A stretch of DNA of 64,000 nucleotides from Octopus vulgaris (taxonomy: Eukaryota), in contig OX597826.1 in NCBI GenBank assembly GCA_951406725.2, positions 63,178,001 to 63,242,000 of the forward strand, read 5' to 3'. Under the pieces are notes generated by a model. That model saw only the letters and a list, made by a program, of their open reading frames with translations. It was not told the origin of the DNA and ran no database searches. The translations under genes and the position numbers were made by a program. Below, piece by piece: positions 37,621 through 51,837 of this stretch. The first letter of the stretch is position 1, and the number at the start of each line of letters is the position of its first letter.

Positions 37621-38066
37621 TTGATAATGACAATACAATATGGATTTGTCAGTCAGATAAAAAAAAAAAAAAAGGGCGGGTGTTGGGGAATAAATGTGTT
37701 CCAAACAAATTTTTCAACACCACCACCACCATTTCCCCTTCCACCGCCGCCACTACCACCATTGAAACTCTACTAACACTACTCCACATTTACCAGACGT
37801 GTTACAACCGCCATCGCCATCGCCACCATCATCATCATCATCACAACCATCGCTCCCTTTTCACACCAACCACAATGACGAAAATAGCAACAAAAATATC
37901 AAAAGCACAACTAGCACCTCCAAAAAGGGGAAAGAAAAATTAGGTTACGTAGAAACCAGTTGTGAACAATAAAGGGATGGCCCAGGGTCAAACAACGACA
38001 AGGCAAGGCATCACAACCACGTCTCTAACAACACAACAGTTTCAATCTCACGACACTTATCTATAC

Positions 38067-38111
<45 letters not shown>

Positions 38112-38206
38112 TAAATGTGTACAAAAATACTAGTACATATATATATCATCATCATCATCATCATCATCATTATTATTATCGTTTAACGTCAGTCTACATG
38201 CTACCG

Positions 38207-38260
<54 letters not shown>

Positions 38261-38596
38261 TTATGTTTGACTTTTGCTTTATATTTGTACAAGTTGGCTC
38301 CAAGTCTCACCCAGAGACCTCAAGAGACAACAGGTTGGAAGTTCATGTTGTTGTTATGCCTAGTGTGCCATATATTTGGGGTTTTTTTTTTGATGTTGTA
38401 CTAGTGAATGTCTATGGGGGTAAAGACATTGATTTTTTAATGTCTTTACCCCCATACTTTCGTGAGTTGAATTGAGCAAACACTATATGAGAGAGATTTT
38501 CTTTAAGTATTAGAAATAGTTTTAAAAAAGTTTTTTTAGCTACTATTTCTAATGAGTTCAGTATGTGGCAAAGTAATTTATTTTACTAAGCCCTTT

Positions 38597-38759
<163 letters not shown>

Positions 38760-38944
38760 TGCGTGTAAGTGCTAAAGGATGAAAAGTGTTTCACTTGCCC
38801 TTGTAGATACTAAAGACGATATGCCCTGCCAAGTTTCCAACAGCTGTTGTCGATGCTATTTAAGAGACTGACAAAACATTAGTCAACGGAGCAAATGGTA
38901 CGCACCGAAACTACTAGTACAATACTTAACAGAATTTGATTCTC

Positions 38945-39120
38945 AACAGGACACTTCCTGGATGACAGCTCAACCGTAATGTCTTTTGTCCTAGCAATGA
39001 ATCCCTTGTCGACTCTATTAAATAAATACAAAGGCTACAAGATAGAATCGGTAGAAGAGAAAATAGAAATATGTCACCCACGATGTTTCGCTGACGACTT
39101 TCAGCTGTATTCAAGAAGTA
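38945..39120 (+). mobile_element. R4/Dong-like non-LTR RT fragment
   Basis: GHFLDDSSTVMSFVLAMNPLSTLLN..GY....ICH..FADDFQLY (cf. GIFQGDSLS.LLF.LA.NPLS..L...ISHLLF.DDLKLY). Confidence 0.65.
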
Positions 39121-39372
39121 ATTCATCATTTATTTTGTATATATTTTCAATTTTCGTAACTATTTTCTTCATTGCATTTCATTTTCTTGGAGATGCGTTT
39201 CTAAATGAGCGCCGAAGTAAGAACTGATCATAACATTCTCAGGAGGTAGTAGAAATAGAGTTTTGGTCAAGATAAGTAATTGTATTTGATAGTTAATAGG
39301 GAGAAAATTGTTGGCCGCACAAGGAATATTAATACCAATGGCCTTTCTCCTCTCTCTCTCTATCTTTCTTTC

Positions 39373-39407
<35 letters not shown>

Positions 39408-40189
39408 AGAGGACTATTTTGAGAAATTTACAGCTCTTATATTCAGAGTTTAAATTTTCGTTTATACCTGTTATTATAGGTGAAGCGTGCCGTGTAACAA
39501 TAGATTTGTATAAAAACTTAGAAATGCTGGCATCCTTCAGGAAAGAATAAAACAAACTGGTTCACACCCACCAAATAAAGTCGATTAGTGGTTACCAAGA
39601 AAATTTGTGAAAAAATTTCAGATTCCCCATTTGAGGTTCCAGAATTGAGCATATATATACAATCACATGTGCTTATAGCAAACACGCACACACACACACA
39701 TACACACACACGCACGCACGCAAGCACTCACACGCACACACACACACGTACACACCCAAACACCAGCCCCCCCCACACACACACACACACACTCAGCCAG
39801 CGCCCATTTAACCCTTCAGCAGGGTCTGCTTGACATATCAGGGTATGTCCACAAAGCAGTTTCCCTGTGTGTCCCATGTTTAGGGACCACCCTTTCTCCG
39901 AGTCCCCTATGTCTTAGTCACAGAACCATCTTCTGTTATTTGACACACAACTTGGATACTCGACGAGTGCAACCACCCCGAACCGCAGCTGATCTGGAAG
40001 TAGAAGTGACTAAGACGTATTCTTAAAATGTCCTCAAATCTCCTGCACTCCCAAGCTGGAGCCTCACCACTGGATGCAGTTTAATGTCTTGCCAAAGGAC
40101 TATCATTTTACATGCACACATACAAGTCAGCTGTAACCATGCCTGATGGCACAAAAGACGGATGGCCGTACGATATTCAGATTTACTGA

Positions 40190-40290
40190 AGCAAAGCCCG
40201 GAGATATAGTTGAAGACACTTGCCAAAAGTTCCACGCAGTGGGACAGAATCCGAAAACATATGATCGCAAAGCAAGATCTTTAACCACAC
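40190..40290 (-). mobile_element. SINE family A head, diverged
   Basis: gacacttgccaaaagttccacgcagtgggac...ttaaccacacggacatgcctg. Confidence 0.65.
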
Positions 40291-40594
40291 GGACATGCCT
40301 GTGCCTAAAAAATATATTAGCCTAAGGCTTTTTACTTCAAAATGTGTGTGTCTGTCTACAACATTTTAGTAACTAAACTGATAAATTGAGGCCTAGAACA
40401 TAAGCTCGGAAACAAGGGACGCAGGGGTTACAAGAGCACCCCATAAAAATTTTGGTGGGCAATGAAAACACTTTGAACAACCTCCTGAAAAATTTCATCA
40501 CCAAAACAAACAAGCGTAGAATCATTTTTTGACTATTTTGAAAGATTACTGTTCCATTATTGAATTTACGTGATTGATTGATTAATAATAATAA

Positions 40595-41187
40595 TCCTTT
40601 CTATTATAAGCACAAGGCCTGAAATTTCGGGGGAGGAGACTGGTCGATAACATCGACCCCAGTGCTCGACTAGTACTTATTTCATCGACCCCGACAGGAT
40701 GAAAAGCAAAGTTAACTCCGTCCGAATTTGAACTCAGAATGTAAAGACAGACGAAATACGAATAATCATTTCACCTGGCGTGCTAACGATTCTTATTTCT
40801 ATATTGCCCACAAAGGGTTAAACGTAGAGGGGACAAACAAGGACAGACAAACGGATTAAGTCGATTATATCGACCCCAGTGCGTAACTGGTACTTATTTA
40901 ATCGACCCCGAAAGGATGAAAGGCAAAGTCGACCTCGACGGAATTTGAACTCAGAACGTAACGGCAAACAAAATACCAATTTCTTTACTACCCACAAGGG
41001 GCTAAACATAAGGGGGACAGACAAGGACAGACAAATGGATTAAGTCGATTATATCGACCCCAGTGCGTAACTGGTACTTATTCAATCGACCCCGAAAGGA
41101 TGAAAGGCAAAGTCGACCACGGTGGAATTTGAACTCAGAACGTAACGGCAGACAAAATACCGCTAATCATTTCGCCCGGCGTGCTAA
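40595..41187 (-). mobile_element. SINE family B cluster (three nested/tandem units)
   Basis: Three repeats of ATCGACCCCGA(A/C)AGGATGAAA..CAAAGT; junctions at 40793 and 40975. Confidence 0.9.
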
Positions 41188-41274
41188 GTTCATTGCCTTA
41201 AATATAATTATTAATAATAATCATTATTATAGCTGTGTTTGTTTACATATTAAGATTGATAAAAAAGAACGACC

Positions 41275-41508
41275 TTTACTCTTTTACTCTTTTACTTGTT
41301 TCAGTCATTTGACTGCGGCCATGCTGGAGCACCGCCTTTAGTCGAGCAAATCGACCCCGGGACTTATTCTTTGTAAGCCCAGTACTTATTCTATCTGTCT
41401 CTTTTGCCGAACCGCTAAGTGACGGGGACGTAAACACACCAGCATCGGTTGTCAAGCAATGCTAGGGTGACAAACACAGACACACAAACACACACACACA
41501 CACATACA

Positions 41509-41567
<59 letters not shown>

Positions 41568-41733
41568 TACGACAGGCTTCTTTCAGTTTCCGTCTACCAA
41601 ATCCACTCACAAGGCATTGGTCGGCCCGGGGCTATAGCAAAAGACACTTGCCCAAGATGCCACGCAGTGGGACTGAACCCTGAACCATGTGGTTGGTAAG
41701 CAAGCTATTTACCACACAGCCACTCCTGCGCCT
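41275..41733 (-). mobile_element. SINE family A, full length
   Basis: Reverse complement of 20626 copy. Confidence 0.95.
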
Positions 41734-42377
41734 ATTTGTAAAAAATTTTTGGACCGAGGTTTCCACACCCTAAGCAAATATCGTTCCTGCACTTATGGCC
41801 TAGAACTTGGAACTTATATACGTACGTACGTACGTTCATATCTATAATAACTGAGCTAAAGCATATATTTCGTTTCGGAAAAAACGATTAAAATAAAAAT
41901 AACTTTTTAAACAACATAAATATTAATTGCTGAGGCTGTTGTTATTGCTTTTGTTGTTGTTCATGTTGTTGCTAGCGGCGGTAGAGGTGCCGGTGTCGGT
42001 GGTTATGGTTACTGTATAAGCGGTGGTAGTAGTGGTGATGGCGGTGGTTGCGGTGGTGGTGGTGGTTCTGGTGCGCCTTGTTTACTCTGCTAATGTTCCT
42101 GTTTTTATCATCATCGAAGTGTATTTTTTTTTTATCATTTAGCTTTGTTAAAACTTTAGAGAATCTCGCTTTACAGATTCCTATTTTATAGAAGATTTGT
42201 GTGTATGAGTGTGCGTGTGTGTGTGTGTGTATGTGTGTGTATGTGTGAGCGCGTGTGTACATATATTTGTATGTATATATGTATTTATATGTAACACTGT
42301 AATGTATATACGTCTATATTTGAGTGTGTGTGTGAGTGTGTATAGATATATATACATACATATCTATATCTATATCT

Positions 42378-42408
<31 letters not shown>

Positions 42409-43288
42409 TATATATATATCGAACGTATACGTATACATATATACATACATACACTCACACACATATACATATGTGTGTGTATATATATATATACATATAT
42501 ACACGCATACATACACACAGGCACATACATATATGTACTATATATACATATATTCATATATATATATACGTTAATATATTTTTTGTGCATACAATTTATG
42601 TGTCTGTTTGTGGATGTGTGTGTGTGTGTGTGTGTGCGTGTGTGTGTGTGTATGTACGTGTGTGTAACGGTAAGAATTCAACCAAAACTATAAATTTCAT
42701 TTTTGCTAAAAGTTATTTCTGCCTTCTACCATCTTCATTTTTCTTTTTTTTTACTCTCTCCACCCCCCACCCCCACCCCCCACTTATCCTTCAAAAGACA
42801 AAAAAAAAATCATGCGAAGAATAAAATATGAATGAATTAGAAAAACAAAGAAACAAACTTAACTAGAAAAATACTTGTGAAAAACAGCAGCAAAACTGTG
42901 TCTGGGTTTTATAGAAAAATCTTATTCAGAATTGACGCTATTAAACAGGCGTTTGTTTATGGCGGAGCGTTTCTCTCTAAAACGCCGAGATTTTTCTTTT
43001 TTTTTTTTTTTTTTTGAATAAATAGAAAACAGTTAAAGAAAAAACATTTGTTTATTATTATTATTATTATTCAGAGTATAAACTGTAAACGAAATAATAG
43101 GAAGGAAAAAAAAACAAATAATCCCCCCCCCCCCGCCGGAAACTGTTGTCTGTGTCAGTATAAGAAAGGGAAAGGGAAAAAAAAAATAAATGTATCAAAA
43201 ACACAATATATTTTATAGAGTCGATAAATAAGGGCACGGCCTCTGCAATCACTTTTTTAATTTTGTCGTTAAGGTTTGTTATTATAGT

Positions 43289-43324
<36 letters not shown>

Positions 43325-43371
43325 CAGCAGTAGTAGTAGTAGTAGTAGTAGTAGAAGTAGAAGTAGCAGTT

Positions 43372-43412
<41 letters not shown>

Positions 43413-43433
43413 TGTAGTAGTAGTAGCAGCAGC

Positions 43434-43472
<39 letters not shown>

Positions 43473-43537
43473 GGTGGTGGTGGTGGTATTGTTGTTGCTG
43501 TTGTTCCTTAATACTTTGTTCCAGAAAAGCGTGTGAA

Positions 43538-43780
43538 TGAGTGTGGCCTAGTGGCTAAGGGTGTTGCACTCAACGATCTTAAATTCGTGGTTTCGATTCC
43601 CGGATCAGGATCCAGACCGAGCTGTTGGCGCGCTTGTGTTCTTGAGCGAACACAAACTTCATTTTAGCTTACGCTAGACCATTCAACTGAAAATGTGTTC
43701 TAGCATTAACTGGAGATTTTGACCCTGCGGCGGATGGGCGTCCCATTCAGTAGGGGTGGGATGTTTCGATCTCAGTCATT
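43538..43780 (+). mobile_element. Old tRNA-derived SINE (family D-related)
   Basis: A box TGGCCTAGTGG, B box GTTTCGATTCC, GTGTTCTTGAGC core. Confidence 0.7.
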
Positions 43781-43795
43781 TATCTCTCTCTCTCT

Positions 43796-44072
43796 CTAAC
43801 CGCTCAGTCGAAGTCGATACTCGGTCACTCGTTGGATCAGTGTCCTCCGGTCAGTTCTATCCTGGGCCGCTTCCTTCAGACTGGCCATGTCCATTCCGGT
43901 ATCACTCCTGATGGTGTCAAGCCAGCGAGTTCTTCGTCGGCCTTTTCTTCTCTTGCCACTGACCATTCCGAGCATGATGTCCTTCTCCAGGGATTCTCTC
44001 CGCATAATATGACCGAAATATGCCAATCTACGCTTGGTGATCCCAGCTTCTAGCGACATTTTCTGCCTTATT
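43796..44072 (-). mobile_element. RTE (BovB-like) LINE 3' end
   Basis: RRLAYFGHIMRRESLEKDIMLGMVSGKRRKGRRRTRWLD. Confidence 0.9.
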
Positions 44073-45114
44073 TATACGCCATGGAAACCAACTTCTTCAA
44101 CCTTGTGAATCGAGGTACTCATAATAGACCTAAGTCTGGAAAAGTGGTTTGTGTCCGTGGCTTTTTCAGAATTCGCGGTCGCCCGTATATAATAACGTTC
44201 TATGGTCTTAAAATAGGGAGTGGTACGTTTCATTTTTTTTTATAACTTTTTATTTTATAGTGATTGGTAAAGGCAAGGCCCGGGATCTTTTACAGAACAT
44301 CAAAGAATACAGGGTAAAAAAAAAAAAAGGAGGTAGATAATCTGAAACCGGGCACCAGTACCGAATGCTTTGAATATAGTGGTTCTTATTAAAAGGTACC
44401 GAAGGTACATAGTAGTAATGTTAAGTGGGGTGACGGGTTAGGTCTCCTATCAAAAGTTGACCATAGTGGGAATTGAACTCAGAGCGCAAATAACCGGAAG
44501 AAGTACTACAAGGCATCCGGTCGACTAGGCCAACACATTCGTCTGAAAAAAATAAGACGTGTCCTCATGACCAGAAATGACATGAAGTCACAGTGTACTT
44601 GATCAAAGCTGACATGGGTTTAAACAACAAGAAATAAAATACTTTCTTTAAAAAATGTTTAGTCGTTAGAGCAACGAATAATACGCTTAATTTCCGGCAC
44701 ACTACGCTCTGAGTTCAAATCCGAATCAAGTTTACCTCTTATACTTTCAGGGTCAATACATAAAGCCAATTCGAGGCTGTGGTTTAACACAATGTTAAAG
44801 CATCGAACGGGATCCCTTGTGGTTTCATTTGTTTGGCTTTGTGCATTTTGAGATCAGATATTGGTTCTTATCACGGAGTTGGTGGAGGGGAGTACTGGGG
44901 TATGGGATACGGGAAATCTGTCCTTTGAAAATCAATGGCAGTAGGCTTGATACCTCCTTAAGCAAACACCCTAAATTTTCAGTTGACCATACTCGACGGC
45001 CTCCAGTTGCAAGGAGAGAGTGAGTGTTAGGAATCTTACAAGTTCCTGAAGAATCAGCCAATGACCAAACGACTAGGGTTCCAACACTGTACACGCTTGT
45101 GTCGGTGATACAGG

Positions 45115-45682
<568 letters not shown>

Positions 45683-46175
45683 TTTCACTTATGCACAGAA
45701 TGTTGAATGAAAAGCCATAAAATACACAGATTGATTCTAAATGCATTATTTTTCTGTAAATAACAGAACTTCCTGTTTTTAATGAATACAAAGAGACAGA
45801 AAGAAAGGTTTACATACAGATACACACATACACACGCATACATCGATTCGTGCTCCGTATATAAACATAGTATGAACATTCGTGCGTGTTAGTATGTGTG
45901 TGTGTGTGTGTGTCTGTCTTCTGTCTGTCTGTCTGTGTGTGTCTGTCTGTCTGTCTGTCTGAGTGTGTGCGCGCACGCGCGTGAGCATGCATAGACATAT
46001 AAATGTCTATGCGTGTATAAGTGCATGAAATGCCTAACGTACGAGCGTGCAGGTGTATATATGATATTGTGTATGTGTTTGTGTGTGGATATATATATAT
46101 ATATTTTTTTTTTTTTTTATCTAGTTTCAGCTCACGAGCTGTGGCCATGCTGGGGCCAGGCCATTAATAATTGTA

Positions 46176-46245
46176 CGCCCGCAGAGGGACTCGAACCCGC
46201 GACCCTCAGATTAAAAGTCTGATGCTCTACCGACTGAGCTATGCG
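46176..46245 (-). pseudogene. tRNA-Lys(TTT) retrocopy lacking first 3 nt, fused to a LINE-type tail (46104-46155)
   Basis: CGCATAGCTCAGTCGGTAGAGCATCAGACTTTTAATCTGAGGGTCGCGGGTTCGAGTCCCTCTGCGGGCG; only 4 of 7 acceptor pairs, one T-stem mismatch, no oligo-T terminator. Confidence 0.9.
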
Positions 46246-46258
46246 ATATATGCATCTA

Positions 46259-46645
46259 TATTCTTTTATTCGTTTACTTGTTTCAGTCATTTGACTTGCG
46301 GCCATGCTGAAGCACCGCCTTTAGTCGAACAAAGCGACCCCAGAACTTATTCTTTGTAAGCCTAGTACTTATTCTATCGGTATGTTTTGCCGAACCGCTA
46401 GGATACTGTGACGTAAGCACACCAACGTAGGTCGTCGAGCGATGGTGGAGAGACAAACACAGACACACAAACATATATATATATATATGACAGGCTTCTT
46501 TCAGTTTCCGTCTACCAAATCCACCCACAAGGCTTTGGTTGACTCGAGGCTATAGCAAAAGATACTTGTCCAAGGTGCCTCGCAGTGAGACTGAACCCGG
46601 AAGCATGTGGTTGGGAAGCAAGTTTCTTACCACACAGCCACGCCT
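46259..46645 (-). mobile_element. SINE family A
   Basis: Tail-to-head match on minus strand. Confidence 0.9.
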
Positions 46646-46802
46646 AAATAATATACATACATATATATAAGTCAGTAAATGGTGGGATTGTATTAACCGC
46701 ACGTGGAGAAATGATAGGAGAGGAAAAAATAATAAGGCAGAATGATAAATTGAAAGTAAATTTTAATAAAAATGGGTGTATGAAAAATTAAAAAAAGAAG
46801 TC

Positions 46803-46841
46803 AAAAATATGGAACGCTTCACGAATTTGCGTGTCATCCTT
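46803..46841 (-). pseudogene. U6: U6 snRNA 3'-terminal fragment (39 nt)
   Basis: Minus strand AAGGATGACACGCAAATTCGTGAAGCGTTCCATATTTTT matches the conserved metazoan U6 3' end. Confidence 0.92.
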
Positions 46842-46861
46842 ACGTATATATATATATTATA

Positions 46862-47087
46862 TTTTATTCGTTTCAGTCATTAGACTGCGGCCATTCTGGG
46901 GCACAGCATTGAATTATTTTAGTAGGACTAATCGACCACCACCCCCACCCAGTAGTTATTTTCTTTTTCAAGCCAAGTACTTACTTATTCTATCGGTCCT
47001 ATTGCCGAGCCGCTAAGTTACGGGGACGTAAACATACTAACATGGTTGTCAAGCTTTGGTGGGCCAACGAACACACATACACACACG

Positions 47088-47127
<40 letters not shown>

Positions 47128-47286
47128 AACGCCAGGCTTCTTTCATTTTCCGTCCACTAAATCCACTAACAAGGCTTTGGTCAGCCCAAGGTTATTGTAG
47201 AAGACATATTTGCCCAAGGTGCCATACAGTGGTATTGAACCTGGAACCATGTAGTTGGGAAGCAAACTTCTTAACGCACAGCCATA
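46862..47286 (-). mobile_element. SINE family A, diverged
   Basis: tttcagtcattagactgcggccat...cccaaggtgccatacagtgg...acagccatac. Confidence 0.85.
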
Positions 47287-47686
47287 CACACACACACACA
47301 TATATATATATATGCATTTATGTGCCTGTGTTATTATCTGAATATGCAGGGAATTTGTGTGTGATTGTGTGTGTGTGCGTATTTGTGCGAACGTCTTATA
47401 TATGTGCGTTTAAGCAATTGTATATATGTATCAGTGTGTCGTGTGAGAATACACACGAATGAAATGCATAATTGACGGGTGAATATGTGTGCACATACAC
47501 TTGAGCACACGTATGCGAGTGCATGTGTGTGGGGGGTGTATGTGGGTGTGTAGGTGAGTGAGGGAGAGAGAGAGAGTGTGTGTGTGTGTGTGTGTTTGTG
47601 TGTTTGCACGTGCGCATATGTGACAACGCGTTCGAAAGATTGAGAGAGAAACGCGTGCTTGTAAGGGCCAGTGAGAGAGATAGAGA

Positions 47687-47731
<45 letters not shown>

Positions 47732-47914
47732 TGTGTGTGTATGTGTGTTTGCCTGAGTATGCCGGTATATGTGTCAGTGCTTGTGTGTGTACGCGCGCGC
47801 GTGTGTGTGTGTGTATATGAGAGACAAAGAGAAAGAGAGAGAGTCGCGAGTACGAAAATGCGCGTGTAAGCTAGAGTATTCGTGTATTAGAGAATATATG
47901 TACGCGCATAAGAT

Positions 47915-47942
47915 GTGAGAGATGTGTGTGTGTGTGTTTGTT

Positions 47943-47976
<34 letters not shown>

Positions 47977-48002
47977 TGTGTGTGTGTGTATGTGTGTGTG
48001 TT

Positions 48003-48046
<44 letters not shown>

Positions 48047-48127
48047 GTGTGTGTGTGTGTTTGTATGTGTGTGTGTGTTTGTGTGTGTGTGTGTTTGTGT
48101 GTGTGTGTATGTGTGTGTGTGTTTGTT

Positions 48128-48162
<35 letters not shown>

Positions 48163-48185
48163 GTTTGTATGTGTGTGCTTGTGTT

Positions 48186-48218
<33 letters not shown>

Positions 48219-48219
48219 G

Positions 48220-48308
<89 letters not shown>

Positions 48309-48356
48309 TGTCTGGGCGTTTGTTTTGTCAGAAAGGGGAGAGAAAATAATGTATGT

Positions 48357-48393
<37 letters not shown>

Positions 48394-48431
48394 CGCGTCC
48401 GGGGGAAAAAGACGGAAAGATAGAAAACATG

Positions 48432-48477
<46 letters not shown>

Positions 48478-48808
48478 AATGTGTCTGTGTAAGTATGTGT
48501 TGGGAAGACGTCGTGGTGTGTATGTTTTGTTTATGGCTGTGTGTTGTGTGTTGCGTGTCTGTGTGTGTGCAAAAGATATAATAAAAATCTACGTGTGACA
48601 GAGCGACAGAGACAGAAAAAGAAAGAGAAAGAGAGTGTATGTATCTTTGTGTGTGTGTGTGTGTGAGTGTTAAGGAGAAAGAGAAAGACTGCCAATGTAT
48701 TATACTGTGTTATGTGAGTGAAGGTATGTGTGTTTTGCATGGCTTTGTACATGTGAGTGTGAGTATGAGTGCCAGTGTATGTGTGTGTGTGTGTTGCGAG
48801 GGAGCATG

Positions 48809-48840
<32 letters not shown>

Positions 48841-48909
48841 CATGAGTTTTAAGTATATATCCATTGTGCAGTAGTGTACACGTGTGTGAGTGTGTTGCGA
48901 GGGAGCATG

Positions 48910-48942
<33 letters not shown>

Positions 48943-49363
48943 GTATGTGTGTATGTGTGTGTGTGTGGTGTTAGATCATATATGTGTGGAGTGTGTGATT
49001 TTATATGTGGTAATGTTTGTTACTATATATGTGTTGTGTGCGGGTGTATATGCGTGAGTGTGTGTGTGTTTGTACGTATGTGTCTGTACACATGTAAAGT
49101 ATAAGTGTGTTGCCTGTACGAACATATATATATATGTATATAGCGATGTGTGTGTGGGGGGGGGGGGGGGCTTCTGCGTGTGTGTGTGTACCTCTATGTG
49201 TGTGTGCCTCTATGTGTGTGTGCCTCTATGTGTGTGTGCCTCTATGTGTGTGTGCCTCTGTCTGTGTGTGTGTGTGTGCCTCTGTGTATGTGTGTGCCTC
49301 TGTGTGTGTGTGTGTGTGTGTGTGTCTGTCTGTCTGTGTGTGTGCCTCTGTGTGTGTGTGTGC

Positions 49364-49401
<38 letters not shown>

Positions 49402-49660
49402 ATCTGTGTGTGTGTACCTCTGTGTATGTGTGTGCCTCTGTGTGTGTGTGCCTCTGTGTGTGTGTGTGCCTCTGTGTGTGAGTGTGTGCCTCTGTGTGTG
49501 TGTGTGATTGTGAGTATACGTTTATGTACATACATACATACATACATACATACATACATACATACATACATACATACATACATACATACATACATACATA
49601 CATACATACATACATACATACATACATTCATACATTCATATATACATACATATATCTAGC
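47915..49660. repeat. Long (TG)n-dominated compound microsatellite with (GA)n, TGTGTGCCTC variant units and (CATA)n
   Basis: Direct reading; source of poly-CV/HT ORFs. Confidence 0.95.
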
Positions 49661-50101
49661 GAACATGAAGCCAAGTTGGTTAGAGAGGAGACAGTTACAT
49701 ACCTGACCAGGTAGCTTTTAAAAATACTTTTTTTCGAGGAAAAAACAACCCTAACAGTAAAGCACAAACCACCTCCTGGCCACCACCCCCACCCCACCTC
49801 CACCACCACCTCTACACCACCCATCCACTACATCAACAACCTCCACCACCACCACAACCACCACCACCACCACCACCGCCGCCGCCGCCGCCGCCACCAC
49901 CGCCATCATCACCAGTTGCTCCCTATACAGGTGTTGGTGGAGGAGGAGGAGTAGGAAATCTAGTGGCTGTTTTTGTTATATTAGGTGGCTAAAAACCTTG
50001 TAATGCTTCCCCTCTACCCCACTTAGCCTAACATCCGTCGCCCTTCTGGCCATAAAAGCAATCATTATTATTCCTTCCTTTACCCACCTATCATATATAT
50101 A

Positions 50102-50137
<36 letters not shown>

Positions 50138-50252
50138 TAGTTATATATAGAACAACACCTCATATCAAGCGCCAATACCACAGCCACCACCGTCGCTATC
50201 ACTACAAACATCATCACCGTTATTGCGACTACTAATGCTGCTGCTACTACAG

Positions 50253-50309
<57 letters not shown>

Positions 50310-50317
50310 TTAATACC

Positions 50318-50560
50318 TATTTCTTTACTACACCCACAAGGGGCTAAACACAGAGGGGACAAACAAGGACAGACATAGGTATTTAGTCGATTACATCGAC
50401 CCCCCAGTGCGTAACTGGTACTTAATTTATCGACCGCCCCCCGAAAGGATGAAAGGCAAAGCCGACCACAGCGGAATTTGAACTCAGAACGTAACGGCAG
50501 ACGAAATTACAGCTACGCATTTCGCCCGGCGTGCTAACGTTTCTGCCAGCTCGCCGCCTT
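50318..50560 (-). mobile_element. SINE family B monomer, 16-bp TSD
   Basis: TSD TACTACTATTAATACC 50302-50317/50561-50576. Confidence 0.95.
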
Positions 50561-50752
50561 TACTACTATTAATACCGTCTTCAATATTCCTACTATCCAC
50601 CATCACCATTAGCAGTACAATCACCACCATCATCAATAATACCAGTAATTCCCAACCATTTATTTTTTTGTTAAGGACTCCCTTTATTCTTATTCCACTG
50701 TGCTGGATGGATATCCCCAAACTATTTGAAGTTTAAAAAAAAATTCTATTGT

Positions 50753-50949
50753 CTTTTACTGTTTACGTGTTTCAGTCATTAGACTGTGGCCATACTGGGG
50801 CACCGCCTTGAAGAATTTCAGTCGAGCCTATCGATCCCAGTACTTATTATATCTCCCCTCCCATTTTTTGCCGAGCTACTGTCACGGGGACGTAAACACA
50901 CCAACAACGGTTGTCAAGCTGTGGTAGGGAACAAACGCACACACACACA

Positions 50950-51002
<53 letters not shown>

Positions 51003-51595
51003 GCGTAGGAGTAGCTGTGTGGTAAGTAGCTTGCTTACCAACCACATAGTTCCGGGTTCAGTCAGCCCCACTGCGTGGCAGCTTGGCCAAGTGTCTTGTA
51101 CTATAGCCTAGAGCCGACCAAAGCCTTGTGAGTGGATTTAGTAGACGGAAACTGAGAGAAACCCATCGTATATATGTATGTGTGTATGTGTATGTGTGTG
51201 TGTATGTGTGTGTGTGTGTGTGCGTGCGTGTGTGTGTGTGTATTTGTGTGTCTGTGTTTGTCCCCTCAACATCGCTTGACAACCGATGCTGGTGTGTTTA
51301 CGTCCCCGTAACTTAGCGTTTCGGTAAAAGAGACCGATAGAATAAGTACTAGGCTTACAAAGAATAAGTCCTGGGGTCGATTTGCTCGACTAAAGGTGGT
51401 GCTCCAGCATGACTGAAACAATTAAAAGAGTATAGTTTCATATACGACGGGCTTCTTTCAGTTTCCACTCATAGAGTTCTGATCGGCGCGACGCAGTAGT
51501 AGAAAACGCTTGCCCAAAGTGCCAAACAGTGGAACTGAACCCGGAACCATGTTTTTCAGAAACAAACTTCTTACCACACAGCCACGCCTGCACCT
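50753..51595 (-). mobile_element. Older SINE A split by a younger opposite-strand SINE A
   Basis: 3' half 50753-50940 and 5' half 51441-51595 flank the plus-strand copy. Confidence 0.85.
51001..51431 (+). mobile_element. SINE family A nested in the microsatellite of an older copy
   Basis: GGGCGTAGGAGTAGCTGTGTGG head to AAAAGAG tail. Confidence 0.92.
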
Positions 51596-51657
51596 ATCAT
51601 TATAAGTGAAATATTATTAAGAATTCTATTTTTAAAAATTTGTTAAAATCTTTTATG

Positions 51658-51782
51658 TATTGTAGAATTAAAACCAATTTATTGAACTTGAATTTTTACA
51701 ACGAAATCTTAAATGCTACAGTTCTATATTTAAGAGATGCCGAATTCTGTACATTATTTACATGATTTACATTCGACGGATA

Positions 51783-51837
<55 letters not shown>

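Noticed and set aside
39169-39555. 128-aa minus ORF
   Set aside because: Spans a (CT)n microsatellite; no recognisable motif.
46176-46248. Functional tRNA-Lys gene
   Set aside because: Acceptor stem lacks three pairs, T-stem has a mismatch and no oligo-T terminator follows; treated as a retrocopy.
47774-49706. Cys/Val- and His/Thr-rich ORFs
   Set aside because: Translations of (TG)n/(CA)n.
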